The position numbers and the translations under genes are program-made. The notes beneath the pieces were generated by a model. The model saw only the letters and a list, made by a program, of their open reading frames with translations. It did not search any database and was not told the origin of the DNA. A stretch of DNA of 64,000 nt from Bacteroidota bacterium (GTDB lineage: Bacteria; Bacteroidota; Bacteroidia; JAHEXY01), in NCBI GenBank assembly GCA_023251875.1, contig JAHEXY010000015.1, positions 2,726-66,725 of the forward strand, in the 5' to 3' direction. Of the stretch, positions 9,262 through 18,615 are shown in pieces. The number at the start of each line of letters is the position of its first letter. Position 1 is the stretch's first letter.

Positions 9262-9957
9262 TTATTCAAAGGTAAATGAAATCAATACTACAGTAGATTT
9301 TAATCTTTCAATAGAATTAGAATAAATAGTATTATCATTTACCAGCATATTTCTTAATCCATACGAAACTTTAATCTCAGGAGAAAATTTAAAATATTCT
9401 AAATAACAATCAATTCCAAAACCGACTTCGGCATAATAATCAAAAGCTTTTAGTTTAATAATTTCATCCCCTTTTCCTGATGTTGATTTTACTTTTGCTT
9501 GAGACCCCATGTCATAGGTAAATTTAATACCTCCTAGTAGATAAGCTCTTCCATTATTTAATCTATCGGATTTGTATTTTATTAAGAAAGGAAAATCAAG
9601 GAATGTTGATTCTACAGGCTTTTGTATTTTTGTATCTTGGCTTTTAAGGGTAAACTCAAGTACTTCTGAAGCAAATGAAAGGGCCGGAATAAATCGAAAA
9701 TCAAGATGGTTGGTAAGTCTAAAGTTTGAAATAATTCCTAAATTAAAACCTGGTTCGCGTATGGCCTCAACAACCAATACTGTATCAGAATTGGGATAGC
9801 TTCTAGTAACCCTAAAATCGGAAATATTTAAGCCTAGTGAAAACCCAAAGTGCATTTGTTTATAATCATAAACAGGTAAATTTAAAACCTTGGGGTTTTG
9901 TGCAAACAGACCAAGGGAGACAAAGCATAATAGATAAACAAGCAATTTCTTCACCAT
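9262..9957 (-). CDS. outer-membrane beta-barrel protein (PorT / OMP_b-brl_2-like)
   Basis: 231 aa; signal peptide ending FAQ; alternating amphipathic strands; C-terminal aromatic-rich strand; sits downstream of ubiE, a position I recall for PorT-family genes in Bacteroidota. Confidence 0.55.
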   Translation of the reverse strand: MVKKLLVYLLCFVSLGLFAQNPKVLNLPVYDYKQMHFGFSLGLNISDFRVTRSYPNSDTVLVVEAIREPGFNLGIISNFRLTNHLDFRFIPALSFASEVLEFTLKSQDTKIQKPVESTFLDFPFLIKYKSDRLNNGRAYLLGGIKFTYDMGSQAKVKSTSGKGDEIIKLKAFDYYAEVGFGIDCYLEYFKFSPEIKVSYGLRNMLVNDNTIYSNSIERLKSTVVLISFTFE

Positions 9958-10042
9958 TCAAATATATCATTTATGTTTTTAATGCCATTCACAATATAAG
10001 ATTCTTGCTAACAACGGTAAAAGATTCAATATATTTTGAATA

Positions 10043-10768
10043 CTAAACTTTTTCTGCAACATAAATAGAAGCAATACCAAAGCTTAATAATTTTTGAATA
10101 GGCTGTTTAAATCCTCCCGATGTCAAATAATTAAGAAAAGGTTTTCCATCAGGAAACATATTAACAGACTCGGGTAAATAGGTATAGGCCGAAACATCTT
10201 TAGAAACCATTTTTCCAATGGTTGGAAGTATATAATGAAAATAAAAAGAATATAATTGCTTAACTGGAAATTGTTGTGGTTTAGAAAACTCTAGTATTAC
10301 AACCTTTCCTTTAGGTTTTAGTACTCTATACATTTCTTGTAAACTTTTTTCAAGATTTTCGAAATTCCTTACTCCAAATGCACAAGTAATGGCATCAAAA
10401 GAGTTATTCTCAAATGGTAAATTTTCAGAGTCTCCATACTGAAGTTGAATAGTAGCATTTAAATTCTTCTTTTCAATTTTTTTGCGCCCTATTTCTAGCA
10501 TTTGTTCCGAAATATCAACCCCAATAATTTGTTTAGGATTTAGTTTCATCGATTCAATTGCTAAATCTCCGGTACCTGTGGCAATATCTAAAATTAGTAA
10601 TGGATTATGTTGTTTGAGCTGTTTGATGGTTTTTTTTCTCCAATAAACATCAATACCAAGAGAAAGAAAACGATTTAAAAAATCATAACGCTTAGCAATG
10701 TTGTTAAACATTTGTGCTACTTGTTGTTTTTTGTTGAGTTCAGATTCTTTGTAAGGTGTTACAAGCAT
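10043..10768 (-). CDS. ubiE: demethylmenaquinone methyltransferase UbiE/MenG
   Basis: [19 protein letters not shown] and [12 protein letters not shown] (SAM motif I); 241 aa. Confidence 0.9.
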   Translation of the reverse strand: MLVTPYKESELNKKQQVAQMFNNIAKRYDFLNRFLSLGIDVYWRKKTIKQLKQHNPLLILDIATGTGDLAIESMKLNPKQIIGVDISEQMLEIGRKKIEKKNLNATIQLQYGDSENLPFENNSFDAITCAFGVRNFENLEKSLQEMYRVLKPKGKVVILEFSKPQQFPVKQLYSFYFHYILPTIGKMVSKDVSAYTYLPESVNMFPDGKPFLNYLTSGGFKQPIQKLLSFGIASIYVAEKV

Positions 10769-10870
10769 AAAGTATAAAATAGTGTATAAAGGTACATATT
10801 ATTCAATGTTTACAGCTAACCTTTTTATTAGAATATGTATCTTCATATTTGATTTTAAATAGTATTCTAA

Positions 10871-12289
10871 ATGAAAAATGTATTGATATTTCTTATAGGA
10901 TTGAGTATGTCCATTAGTGTTTCTTGTCAACAACCCAATCAAAAAATAAAAGAGGCAGATTCAATTCAGCAATTAAAATCTCAAATAATAGATACAACAG
11001 TATTTAAAACGGCAGTAGTTATAAATCAAGTAAAATGTATAGCAGATACCAACCAATCGTATGTGCTTTATTTGCCATCTACTTATAATAAAAAACAATT
11101 ATGGCCGATAATATTTTTTTTCGATTCACATGCGGAGGGGGCATTACCTATTGGGAAATACAAAGAACTAGCAGAAAAATATGGTTTTGTTATTGCGTGT
11201 TCAAATAATTCAAAAAATGGACAAGCCGGTGATGAATGCAATGCTATTATTCAAAAATTTATGAACGATGTATTGAATCGTTTTGCTATAGATAATAAAA
11301 GAATCTATACTTCCGGATTTTCTGGAGGTGCAAGAGTTGCCGCTATTGCGGCAATGACGCGAAATGAAATTGTAGGCGTTATTGGTTGTGGTGCTGGCTT
11401 TCCGAATACAAACGGAAATAAAAGTGTAGAAACTTCATTTGAATTTGTGGGTATAGTAGGCAATGGAGATTTTAATTATACTGAACTAAAGCGACTCGAT
11501 AATTCTTTACAAGAAAAAAATATTCCTCATCAATTGCTTGTTTTTAATGGTAAACATGAATGGCCTGCTATAGGTACTATGGAACAAGCCTTTTGGTGGC
11601 TTGAGTGTAACTCTATGCGAGAAGGAAGAAGATCAGTAGATCAATCCATTATTACTAGTGTTAAACAAATGCTTATGACTGAAATTTCAGCAAACGAAAA
11701 AATAAAAAATAAAGCAGAATTGTATTTCTCGTACTTAAAAGCGGTAAATTATTTACATGAATTGGATGATATTTCTCAATATGAAAATAAAGCAAATGAA
11801 TTAAAGAATTCCGGGCAATTGCAGCAGATGCTGCAACACATGCAAGAATTGGAAAAGGCAGAAGCTTCTTTGCAACAACAATACGCATCTGCTTTTGCTT
11901 CTCAAAATTGGGATTGGTGGAATAAAGAAATTGATAAGATGTTTCAGATTTCCAAGAATACTTCCAATGCCGAGCAAAGTGTTATACACAAAAGATTAAT
12001 TAGTTATTTAAGTTTGGTTGCTTACATGTTTTCTACAAAGGCTATTCAGGTAAATCAATTAGCAGATGCTGATTTGTGTTTGAGAATTTATGAAAAAGTA
12101 GATCCTGAAAATTCAGAGCATGCTTATCTATTTGCAGAAGTATATATGAAACAAAATAATGCTAAAAGAGCAATTGAATATCTTCAAAAAGCAGTAAAAC
12201 TTGGGTTTAATGATAAAGACAGGCTTTCAAAAGATCCTGTTTTTAGTTCTTTAAATGGGCAAAAAGAGTTTGATGATTTGATGCGCTAA
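10871..12289 (+). CDS. secreted alpha/beta-hydrolase (esterase / PHB-depolymerase-like) with C-terminal TPR-like helical domain
   Basis: Signal peptide; GFSGGARVA nucleophile-elbow-like motif; C-terminal helical repeats. Confidence 0.55.
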   Translation: MKNVLIFLIGLSMSISVSCQQPNQKIKEADSIQQLKSQIIDTTVFKTAVVINQVKCIADTNQSYVLYLPSTYNKKQLWPIIFFFDSHAEGALPIGKYKELAEKYGFVIACSNNSKNGQAGDECNAIIQKFMNDVLNRFAIDNKRIYTSGFSGGARVAAIAAMTRNEIVGVIGCGAGFPNTNGNKSVETSFEFVGIVGNGDFNYTELKRLDNSLQEKNIPHQLLVFNGKHEWPAIGTMEQAFWWLECNSMREGRRSVDQSIITSVKQMLMTEISANEKIKNKAELYFSYLKAVNYLHELDDISQYENKANELKNSGQLQQMLQHMQELEKAEASLQQQYASAFASQNWDWWNKEIDKMFQISKNTSNAEQSVIHKRLISYLSLVAYMFSTKAIQVNQLADADLCLRIYEKVDPENSEHAYLFAEVYMKQNNAKRAIEYLQKAVKLGFNDKDRLSKDPVFSSLNGQKEFDDLMR

Positions 12290-12383
12290 GCGTGTTTTTA
12301 TATTCTAAAAAGCAGAGCTAAAATAATTCTGGTTTTCGAAATATCTTCGAAACGCTTACTTGTGTGTCAGGCATGATTATAAG

Positions 12384-12596
12384 CTATAGGGTGTAAGTCC
12401 CGAATGAGCGTTGCAGTACGTTTCGTTCTTCAGCACCGATGTTAGACAGATTATTAAATGTTTTACTATCAAGTTGCGAAAGCAAGCTGCGTAGTTGGGG
12501 AACTATTTTATTGTGATCTAGAAAGCTCCAATAGGCACTAGTAGTTACTGCAAACCCATTGGGCACATTAATTCCTTGTATGAAATTATTTGTAAG
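12384..12596 (-). pseudogene. about 70-codon remnant of the N-terminus of a PEP/pyruvate-binding (PPDK_N) enzyme
   Basis: GINVPNGFAVTTSAYWSFL..L..LD matches the start of PEP-synthase-like ATP-grasp domains. It is bounded by stops, has no continuation, and is visibly more GC-rich than its surroundings. Confidence 0.5.
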
Positions 12597-12942
12597 CTAT
12601 TTGGTTCATTGCAAAATATAATTGTGCTTTTGCAACTGTTTCGTGGCTCGGACTACAATTAATTATAATCAAATAACCACCAAGCGGTGAAATTTTCCAA
12701 TCAGCGATCAAATTTTCACCATTGAAACGATATACTCGTTTAAAATTTTTTTCGAATGAAATATTTAGTGCAGCGCAAGCCTGAAATGCTCTATTAAGAG
12801 AGCTGCTTATTTCTTCCGTATCTTTAATATTCAACATTTCTAATATATCGCTGATAAAATAATTTAGCCTGGTTTCAAAAAACCATTGACGGTTGTTATG
12901 TTCATTCATCATGTCTTGTAAATAATCATACAGCTTCAGCAT
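12586..12942 (-). CDS. small protein whose C-terminal half resembles the DinD (DNA-damage-inducible protein D) family
   Basis: [41 protein letters not shown] resembles the DinD pattern A..AC....D..LSRYACYL...NGD.....A.AQ.YFA. It overlaps the cbpA-like stop by 17 nt. Recognition is from memory only. Confidence 0.4.
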   Translation of the reverse strand: MLKLYDYLQDMMNEHNNRQWFFETRLNYFISDILEMLNIKDTEEISSSLNRAFQACAALNISFEKNFKRVYRFNGENLIADWKISPLGGYLIIINCSPSHETVAKAQLYFAMNQIAYK

Positions 12943-13855
12943 GAGAAATATTTTTAATGGTTGATAATTCTTTAAACAATTCTATTTCTTTTGGAGTAAG
13001 ATTTTTGGGTAGTTTAATATTTACCTTGGCATACATATCTCCGTAATTATTATCCTTATCATATCTTGGCATTCCCTTTCCTTTTAATCGTAAAATCTTT
13101 CCATTTTCTGTTTCTTTGCCTATACTTATTTTTATTGGGTTACCTATAGTATTGACATGGATTTGACCACCAAGTATGGCTGTATATAAATCAACAGGAA
13201 TATCACAATATAAATCATCTTCCTTTCTTTTGTAGTGTGGGTGTTCTGAAACATGAACCGTTATGTATAAATCTCCATTGGGCCCATTGTTTATTCCTTT
13301 GCCACCTTTACCTTTTAGCTTTAAAACCTGACCATCTTTTATCCCGGGTTTAGTTTTTAGCTGTAATTTCTGCTTGTCTAATTGTAATTGACGAGTGGTT
13401 CCGGAATAGGCTTCTTCAAGCGAAATTTGCATCTCAGCATTGTAATCCTGTCCTTTGAATGATCTTTGTTGACTTCGTTCATCATCATAAAATCTGCCAC
13501 CGAAAATATTCTCAAAAAAGTCAGAGAAATTACCTTCATGGTACTGTTCTCCTGTTTTGTAAGAGTTATTCCTGTATTTCGACCAGTGGAAATCTTGCCC
13601 TTCTCCTCCCTGTTGTGCTGATTGCTGATAATATTTCCAATTTTCACCCAGTTCATCATATTTTTTTCGCTTTTCGGCATCGCCTAATACTTCATTCGCT
13701 TCGTTGATTTCTTTGAATTTTTCTTCAGCTGCTTTGTCATTAGGATTTTTATCGGGATGATATTTAACAGCCAGCTTTCGGTATGATTTTTTTATCTCAT
13801 CCGTTGTGGCAGTTTTATCAAGGCCTAATATTTTATAGTAATCTTTAAAGTCCAT
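12926..13855 (-). CDS. cbpA: J-domain co-chaperone, CbpA type (no zinc-finger domain)
   Basis: [25 protein letters not shown]-domain with HPD; G/F-poor linker; two DnaJ C-terminal beta domains; no CxxCxGxG repeats. Confidence 0.85.
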   Translation of the reverse strand: MDFKDYYKILGLDKTATTDEIKKSYRKLAVKYHPDKNPNDKAAEEKFKEINEANEVLGDAEKRKKYDELGENWKYYQQSAQQGGEGQDFHWSKYRNNSYKTGEQYHEGNFSDFFENIFGGRFYDDERSQQRSFKGQDYNAEMQISLEEAYSGTTRQLQLDKQKLQLKTKPGIKDGQVLKLKGKGGKGINNGPNGDLYITVHVSEHPHYKRKEDDLYCDIPVDLYTAILGGQIHVNTIGNPIKISIGKETENGKILRLKGKGMPRYDKDNNYGDMYAKVNIKLPKNLTPKEIELFKELSTIKNISHAEAV

Positions 13856-13885
13856 ATTAAATTTAAAGTGATAGTTGATCTTCTT

Positions 13886-14728
13886 TCATAAAAAATAAGC
13901 AGGAATTGATTTATGATTATCAGGTAAGGCAAGCAAAGGAACGTGTGTATGAAAGGCCATTTTTTTGCTAATGCTTTTATGAAATAAATATTCCATTAAA
14001 CTATAACGATGAGGAATAATGGCTACCATATCTGCTTTGTGATCTTCAACAAATTTATTGATACCTTCCACCAAATCATCTTTCTCCGGGAAACAATAAA
14101 AATGTTCAACATCATTTAGTTTGTTATCTACCCTCATGCTCAACATCGCTTCTTCTACAGAAACGGGTTCATTTCTCTGTTTTACATTCAACACATATAG
14201 TTGAGAACCATAACCTTTTATAAAATCTTTTAAGACCTTGAGGATGTGCATATCTGTTCGCGAATCATAATCACAGGCAAAAACAATTTTTTCAGGCTTT
14301 TTATATTTTGCATTTTCAGGAATAACAAGTACCGGTATTTTAGCCTTTCGTAAAGTTGTTGTGGTAACACTACCCATTAATACTTCGCTCAGTTTGCCTG
14401 CCCCCTTCATTCCCATAACAATTAGATTAGCATTTTTTTCTTCTTTAAGTATTTCACTAACTGCTGATCCTGTTTTTACCAAATAGTTAACCACAACAAC
14501 TGATTTTTTCATTAGTTGTTCTACTTCCTTCTTTAAACGTATTTCTATTAAGTTTTGAAGTTCATCAGGGCTTATTACCATTACCGGAACTTCAGAGATA
14601 GGTATTGGAAGTTGGTAAATATGTAGTAAACATACCTGTGCTTTTATTTCTTTTGCTAGATTAACAGCATATACAGCAGCATTGCTTGCTGCTTCAGAAA
14701 AGTCTGTTGGAACAAGAATTGTTTTCAT
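13886..14728 (-). CDS. tandem-domain universal stress protein
   Basis: Two Usp halves (ILVPTDFSE..; ..GMKGAG..GSVT; second half IVFACDY..). Confidence 0.85.
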   Translation of the reverse strand: MKTILVPTDFSEAASNAAVYAVNLAKEIKAQVCLLHIYQLPIPISEVPVMVISPDELQNLIEIRLKKEVEQLMKKSVVVVNYLVKTGSAVSEILKEEKNANLIVMGMKGAGKLSEVLMGSVTTTTLRKAKIPVLVIPENAKYKKPEKIVFACDYDSRTDMHILKVLKDFIKGYGSQLYVLNVKQRNEPVSVEEAMLSMRVDNKLNDVEHFYCFPEKDDLVEGINKFVEDHKADMVAIIPHRYSLMEYLFHKSISKKMAFHTHVPLLALPDNHKSIPAYFL

Positions 14729-14741
14729 CTGTAGATAATTT

Positions 14742-14818
14742 GTTTTTTATAAGTCATATGGTATACGTCATGCTATCTTCATCAGTGTTTGCGCATCGTT
14801 CGTGCATGACTATTTCAT
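14742..14818 (+). repeat. 77-nt element, copy A (inverted partner at 18429-18505)
   Basis: My hand alignment gives about 83 percent identity to the reverse complement of 18429-18505. Contains internal stem gtcatgc (14767-14773) / gcatgac (14804-14810). Confidence 0.8.
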
Positions 14819-15134
14819 TGTGCTTCTTTTTTAAAGAATATGAGTCAATATTTTTTTTGAAAAATGATCTTTGACAAAGGCATATAGTATGATTTTTAAA
14901 TAATCGTTAAAGCAAAGATGATTTTTATTATACAAGAACTAAATGAGCGCAATTATAGAGGAGTATGATCTTAGTCAGGTTAATACATGAGTTTTAAAAG
15001 ATCTTACATTTGATAAATGAGTATTGGTATAAAAATAACTTTGTATTGATAAAAAAAACCAAGGAGATTTATGCTATTACAATATTTTATACTTCATATT
15101 GGTATGGCTAAACATGATTATTTTTAGTTAATTT

Positions 15135-18100
15135 TTAAAACGTTCTATTGATTCCAATTATCCAGCGAAACTGAATATAATCAGGCGAAACTTTTGGAGT
15201 AGCATTGAGAAATAATGGAAAATCAAATCGTATGGTAAGTGGTTTTGCTTTTTGTAAAACGCCCCAATTTTTAATTGTTAACGCAGTTCCAATACCCGCA
15301 TCTGCTCGTAAGCTTGCCATTTTAAAAATACTGGATTCATAATCATAATTGATGATGCCTGCATCACCAAATAAATAAGTATTGAGCTTTAATCGTTTGG
15401 TTATTTGGGGATGAAAATTAAATAGTTTATCAAATTCCAATTCCGCATTTACAGCAACTCCTGTATTGCCTTTATAGGTAAGATACACTTGACCGTCTTT
15501 TGATTCATAGGGTGCCAAATAACCTGCATAGCCACGTAAATTTAAGCCTCCGCCATACTGAAAATGATTGGTTGAAATACCATAGCCATTCCAGTTATTG
15601 GAAGCATTACTATCCCAATTGTTATCAAAAAAACCAACGGAACGGGTGTATTTATTTTCCATCATTTCTTCTTGATTGCCCCCACTTAAAAACAAGGCAG
15701 ACTCATCAGGAACTTTTGAACCGCTTCCCAATTGCATAAATGTACGTGTGCGGAATAATAACTTTCCCAGATTGGTTTCATTAATTACTGTTAATGATAA
15801 TTGCGCATAATCATAGGAACTTCCAATGGTAGATGAGCGAAGTTTTAAAGCCATATCTCCTTTTCCATTTTTATACGTATAAGAATGTCCTAATCCCACA
15901 ATAATAGAATTGTTGATTTTATTTACTTGCCATTCGCTTGGGTACAATAAATAATTTAAAGCAGTACTATCGGCTCTCCACATGCTTTTAAATGCTACCG
16001 ACAAATAATTCTTTCCCGTATCGTCCTTTTTATTGAGCGTAATTTGATGCAGGTTTAAACCATCTAAAAATCGACTTGCAAGATACAAGCGTGTATTCTT
16101 GCTCAATTTATTAAGGGCTGTATTGTAATTAAAACGGTAAGAAATATAATTTGAGGTTTTATTGCTTACTTCTGAATAGGCTGCTTGTTGCAGCATACCA
16201 CTATTAAACCAGATATTGGCGTCAAATCTATGAAAGTATTCCAAGTAATTTCCATTTAAAGCTACTCCGTATTTAAAACCATCAAATCCGTTATACCAAA
16301 CATCGGGACGAAGATATAAATCATAATTGCGCCAAGTAGGCGTATTGATAATCTGTGAATCGAAATGAAAATGAATAGGTGTTTTTTTACTGTTGTTGAG
16401 CATATAGCTATCGGCAAGGCGTTGTGTAGGATCAATAATAACATTTGAAATACCACCGGGAATTTTTACAGTTGCAGTATAGGTGGGATTGAGCACATCC
16501 CATCCATACCATTTAGGTAATATTGTTGCATTTGTGTTTTTTGTAAACCAAGTATTGGGAATATAAAAATCATAAATAGAATCTTTTTTAGAAATTACTC
16601 TTAAGTCAATTGGCATTTGCATGCGGCCTTTGCGTTTGAGCGTAATTTCATATTCTCCTTTATTATTTCCTTTTTTTACTGATTTAACGGCATAGTCAAT
16701 TCGCTTTGATGTTTCAATCCATTCGTCAAAAAACCAATTTAAATCAACATGCGTAAATTGAATTATAGAATTTCTAAAATCTTCAACATAAGGATGGCAA
16801 ATTTTCCATTGATAAAAATAATGTTGCATGGCTTTTAAAAAAAGAGAATCTCCTAATACATATTGCAAATTGTAGAGCATGCTAGCCGTTTTGTAATATA
16901 CCATTCCATATCCTCCACCATGTGCAAGGGCGCCATTATAACCATCAGAATGCGTATTAAGTGTTGCTTCACTCATAGTAATGGCATCTTGCATGTATGA
17001 AGAAAATACTCTAGTATCAATAACTTTTTGGCGTTCTAAAAATCTATTGGCATAATTAGATTTTGGAATTCCTGTAAGCAGTGTATCTCCATCAATTTTT
17101 ATTAATGACCAGGCTGTTAAAAATTGTGTAAAACCTTCATCAAGCATAGCACGATAGGTTTCGTTGCTACCCACTTGGCCAAAAAACCAATTATGACCAA
17201 TTTCGTGTGCAAGCACCCCATGGTAATCCGGATAGCGGCCACCACAAAGCGTAATCATGGGATATTCCATTCCATCTCTAGCATCGGCCACCACAATTTT
17301 TGGATAGGTATACATGCCAAAATCTTGAGAATACGTTTTAATTACATCTGCAATAAAAGTGGGTGCATCTTGCCAGTAGGCTGCATGAGGCTCTTCAACT
17401 AAACAAATACATCGTATGCCATTGCAAAAGGCTTCTCCTATTCGGTATGTAGGATCGGCAGTAAATGCAACATCGTGCACATTATCGGCATGGTATTTCC
17501 ATGTTTTTCGCTCTTTGGCATCATAGGGAATAATTACAGAAGGTTTTTCTTCCCAAGGTTTGTATTTAAAATTGCTGATATCCAGTTTTGCTCTTAAATC
17601 GGCTGGAAGTACTTCGTTTTCATTTAAAAGAGTTCCCGTACATTCCACAATAAAATTACCGGCAAAAGTAAGTTCAACATCAAAAGATCCAAAGTCGCCA
17701 TAAAACTCACGACCTAAATGTTGGTCGGTATCCCATCCTAATTTGCGATCGTATACAGCAATTCTCGGATACCAATGCACACCATTGTAATGGTTAAAGC
17801 TATAGGCATTCCAAACCGTATTTCTTCTTCGCATTCCTCCTCCATCAAAGTAGGATTTAAAACTAGCTTGAAAAGTAGCTTGACTATTAGGAAATAAAGG
17901 CTCTGGAAGATACACCTTCATAACAGTATTATCCAATTCCATTTTTACGGGTTTACCATTAACCGTCATGGAAATAATGTCAATACCTTTTTTTTGAGCT
18001 TCCCATTTTCCGTAAACGGGATAATTATGATTGGCTTTATACAACTGGTCATAATAGGAGCCGGGCTGAAAAGCATTGTTATACATGTGAAAGTATACGA

Positions 18101-18428
18101 ATGTTAATGTATCAGGTGAGTTATTGGTATATATTAATTCTTCTGTAGCATCAGTAATATTGGTAGTTTCATCAATATTGGCCTTTAATTTATAATAAAC
18201 ATCTTGTTGCCAATAGCCTTCAAACGGTTTTCTGTTTTTCCAATAATTGGGATTATTAGGATTTTGGTATGAATTAGTTGGAATGGTATTGGGCTCAATA
18301 GTTTCTTCAATAATTGTAGGGTTTAGAAGTATAGTTGTATCAATGTTTTGAGGAAATGAAAATATAGAAAATAGAATTAGTAAGACTAAAAGACAAAATG
18401 ATTTTACATTTAGTAAACAATTTCTCAT
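15135..18428 (-). CDS. M1-family zinc metallopeptidase fused to a C-terminal Omp85-type beta-barrel
   Basis: HEIGHNWFFGQVGSNETYRAMLDE is HEXXH-X18-E. C-terminal motifs GGGLNLRGY, FGDAGII, RADAGIGTAL, LTIRFDFPL and a terminal ..IGINRTF match Omp85/BamA barrels. I prefer the start at MRNCLLNVKSF (18428) because it is followed by a signal peptide; the track start at 18518 reads through the repeat. Confidence 0.8.
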   Translation of the reverse strand: MRNCLLNVKSFCLLVLLILFSIFSFPQNIDTTILLNPTIIEETIEPNTIPTNSYQNPNNPNYWKNRKPFEGYWQQDVYYKLKANIDETTNITDATEELIYTNNSPDTLTFVYFHMYNNAFQPGSYYDQLYKANHNYPVYGKWEAQKKGIDIISMTVNGKPVKMELDNTVMKVYLPEPLFPNSQATFQASFKSYFDGGGMRRRNTVWNAYSFNHYNGVHWYPRIAVYDRKLGWDTDQHLGREFYGDFGSFDVELTFAGNFIVECTGTLLNENEVLPADLRAKLDISNFKYKPWEEKPSVIIPYDAKERKTWKYHADNVHDVAFTADPTYRIGEAFCNGIRCICLVEEPHAAYWQDAPTFIADVIKTYSQDFGMYTYPKIVVADARDGMEYPMITLCGGRYPDYHGVLAHEIGHNWFFGQVGSNETYRAMLDEGFTQFLTAWSLIKIDGDTLLTGIPKSNYANRFLERQKVIDTRVFSSYMQDAITMSEATLNTHSDGYNGALAHGGGYGMVYYKTASMLYNLQYVLGDSLFLKAMQHYFYQWKICHPYVEDFRNSIIQFTHVDLNWFFDEWIETSKRIDYAVKSVKKGNNKGEYEITLKRKGRMQMPIDLRVISKKDSIYDFYIPNTWFTKNTNATILPKWYGWDVLNPTYTATVKIPGGISNVIIDPTQRLADSYMLNNSKKTPIHFHFDSQIINTPTWRNYDLYLRPDVWYNGFDGFKYGVALNGNYLEYFHRFDANIWFNSGMLQQAAYSEVSNKTSNYISYRFNYNTALNKLSKNTRLYLASRFLDGLNLHQITLNKKDDTGKNYLSVAFKSMWRADSTALNYLLYPSEWQVNKINNSIIVGLGHSYTYKNGKGDMALKLRSSTIGSSYDYAQLSLTVINETNLGKLLFRTRTFMQLGSGSKVPDESALFLSGGNQEEMMENKYTRSVGFFDNNWDSNASNNWNGYGISTNHFQYGGGLNLRGYAGYLAPYESKDGQVYLTYKGNTGVAVNAELEFDKLFNFHPQITKRLKLNTYLFGDAGIINYDYESSIFKMASLRADAGIGTALTIKNWGVLQKAKPLTIRFDFPLFLNATPKVSPDYIQFRWIIGINRTF

Positions 18429-18505
18429 GTGAAATAGCCATGCACTATACGTGCGCAAACACGAATGAATATAACATGGCGTATACCATATGACTTTTAA
18501 AAAAC
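18429..18505 (-). repeat. 77-nt element, copy B (inverted partner of 14742-14818), abutting the M1 peptidase ATG
   Basis: See copy A. Its internal stem is gccatg / catggc, i.e. compensatory relative to copy A. Confidence 0.8.
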
Positions 18506-18615
18506 AAATAATACACATATGAATGAAATAAGCTTTTTACAAAAATAGAATTATATTTTTATGTCAGCCCAGATGAGTAGGAATTGTTTTCGAATAGAAA
18601 AAAATAAAAGTAGCA

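Noticed and set aside
9572-10046. Two + strand ORFs (75 and 69 aa)
   Set aside because: The first is antisense to the PorT-like barrel gene. The second spans the spacer and the ubiE 3' end. Neither has a recognisable motif.
18429-18518. 30-codon N-terminal extension of the M1 peptidase ORF
   Set aside because: The extension is the translation of the 77-nt repeat element. The internal Met is followed by a proper signal peptide.
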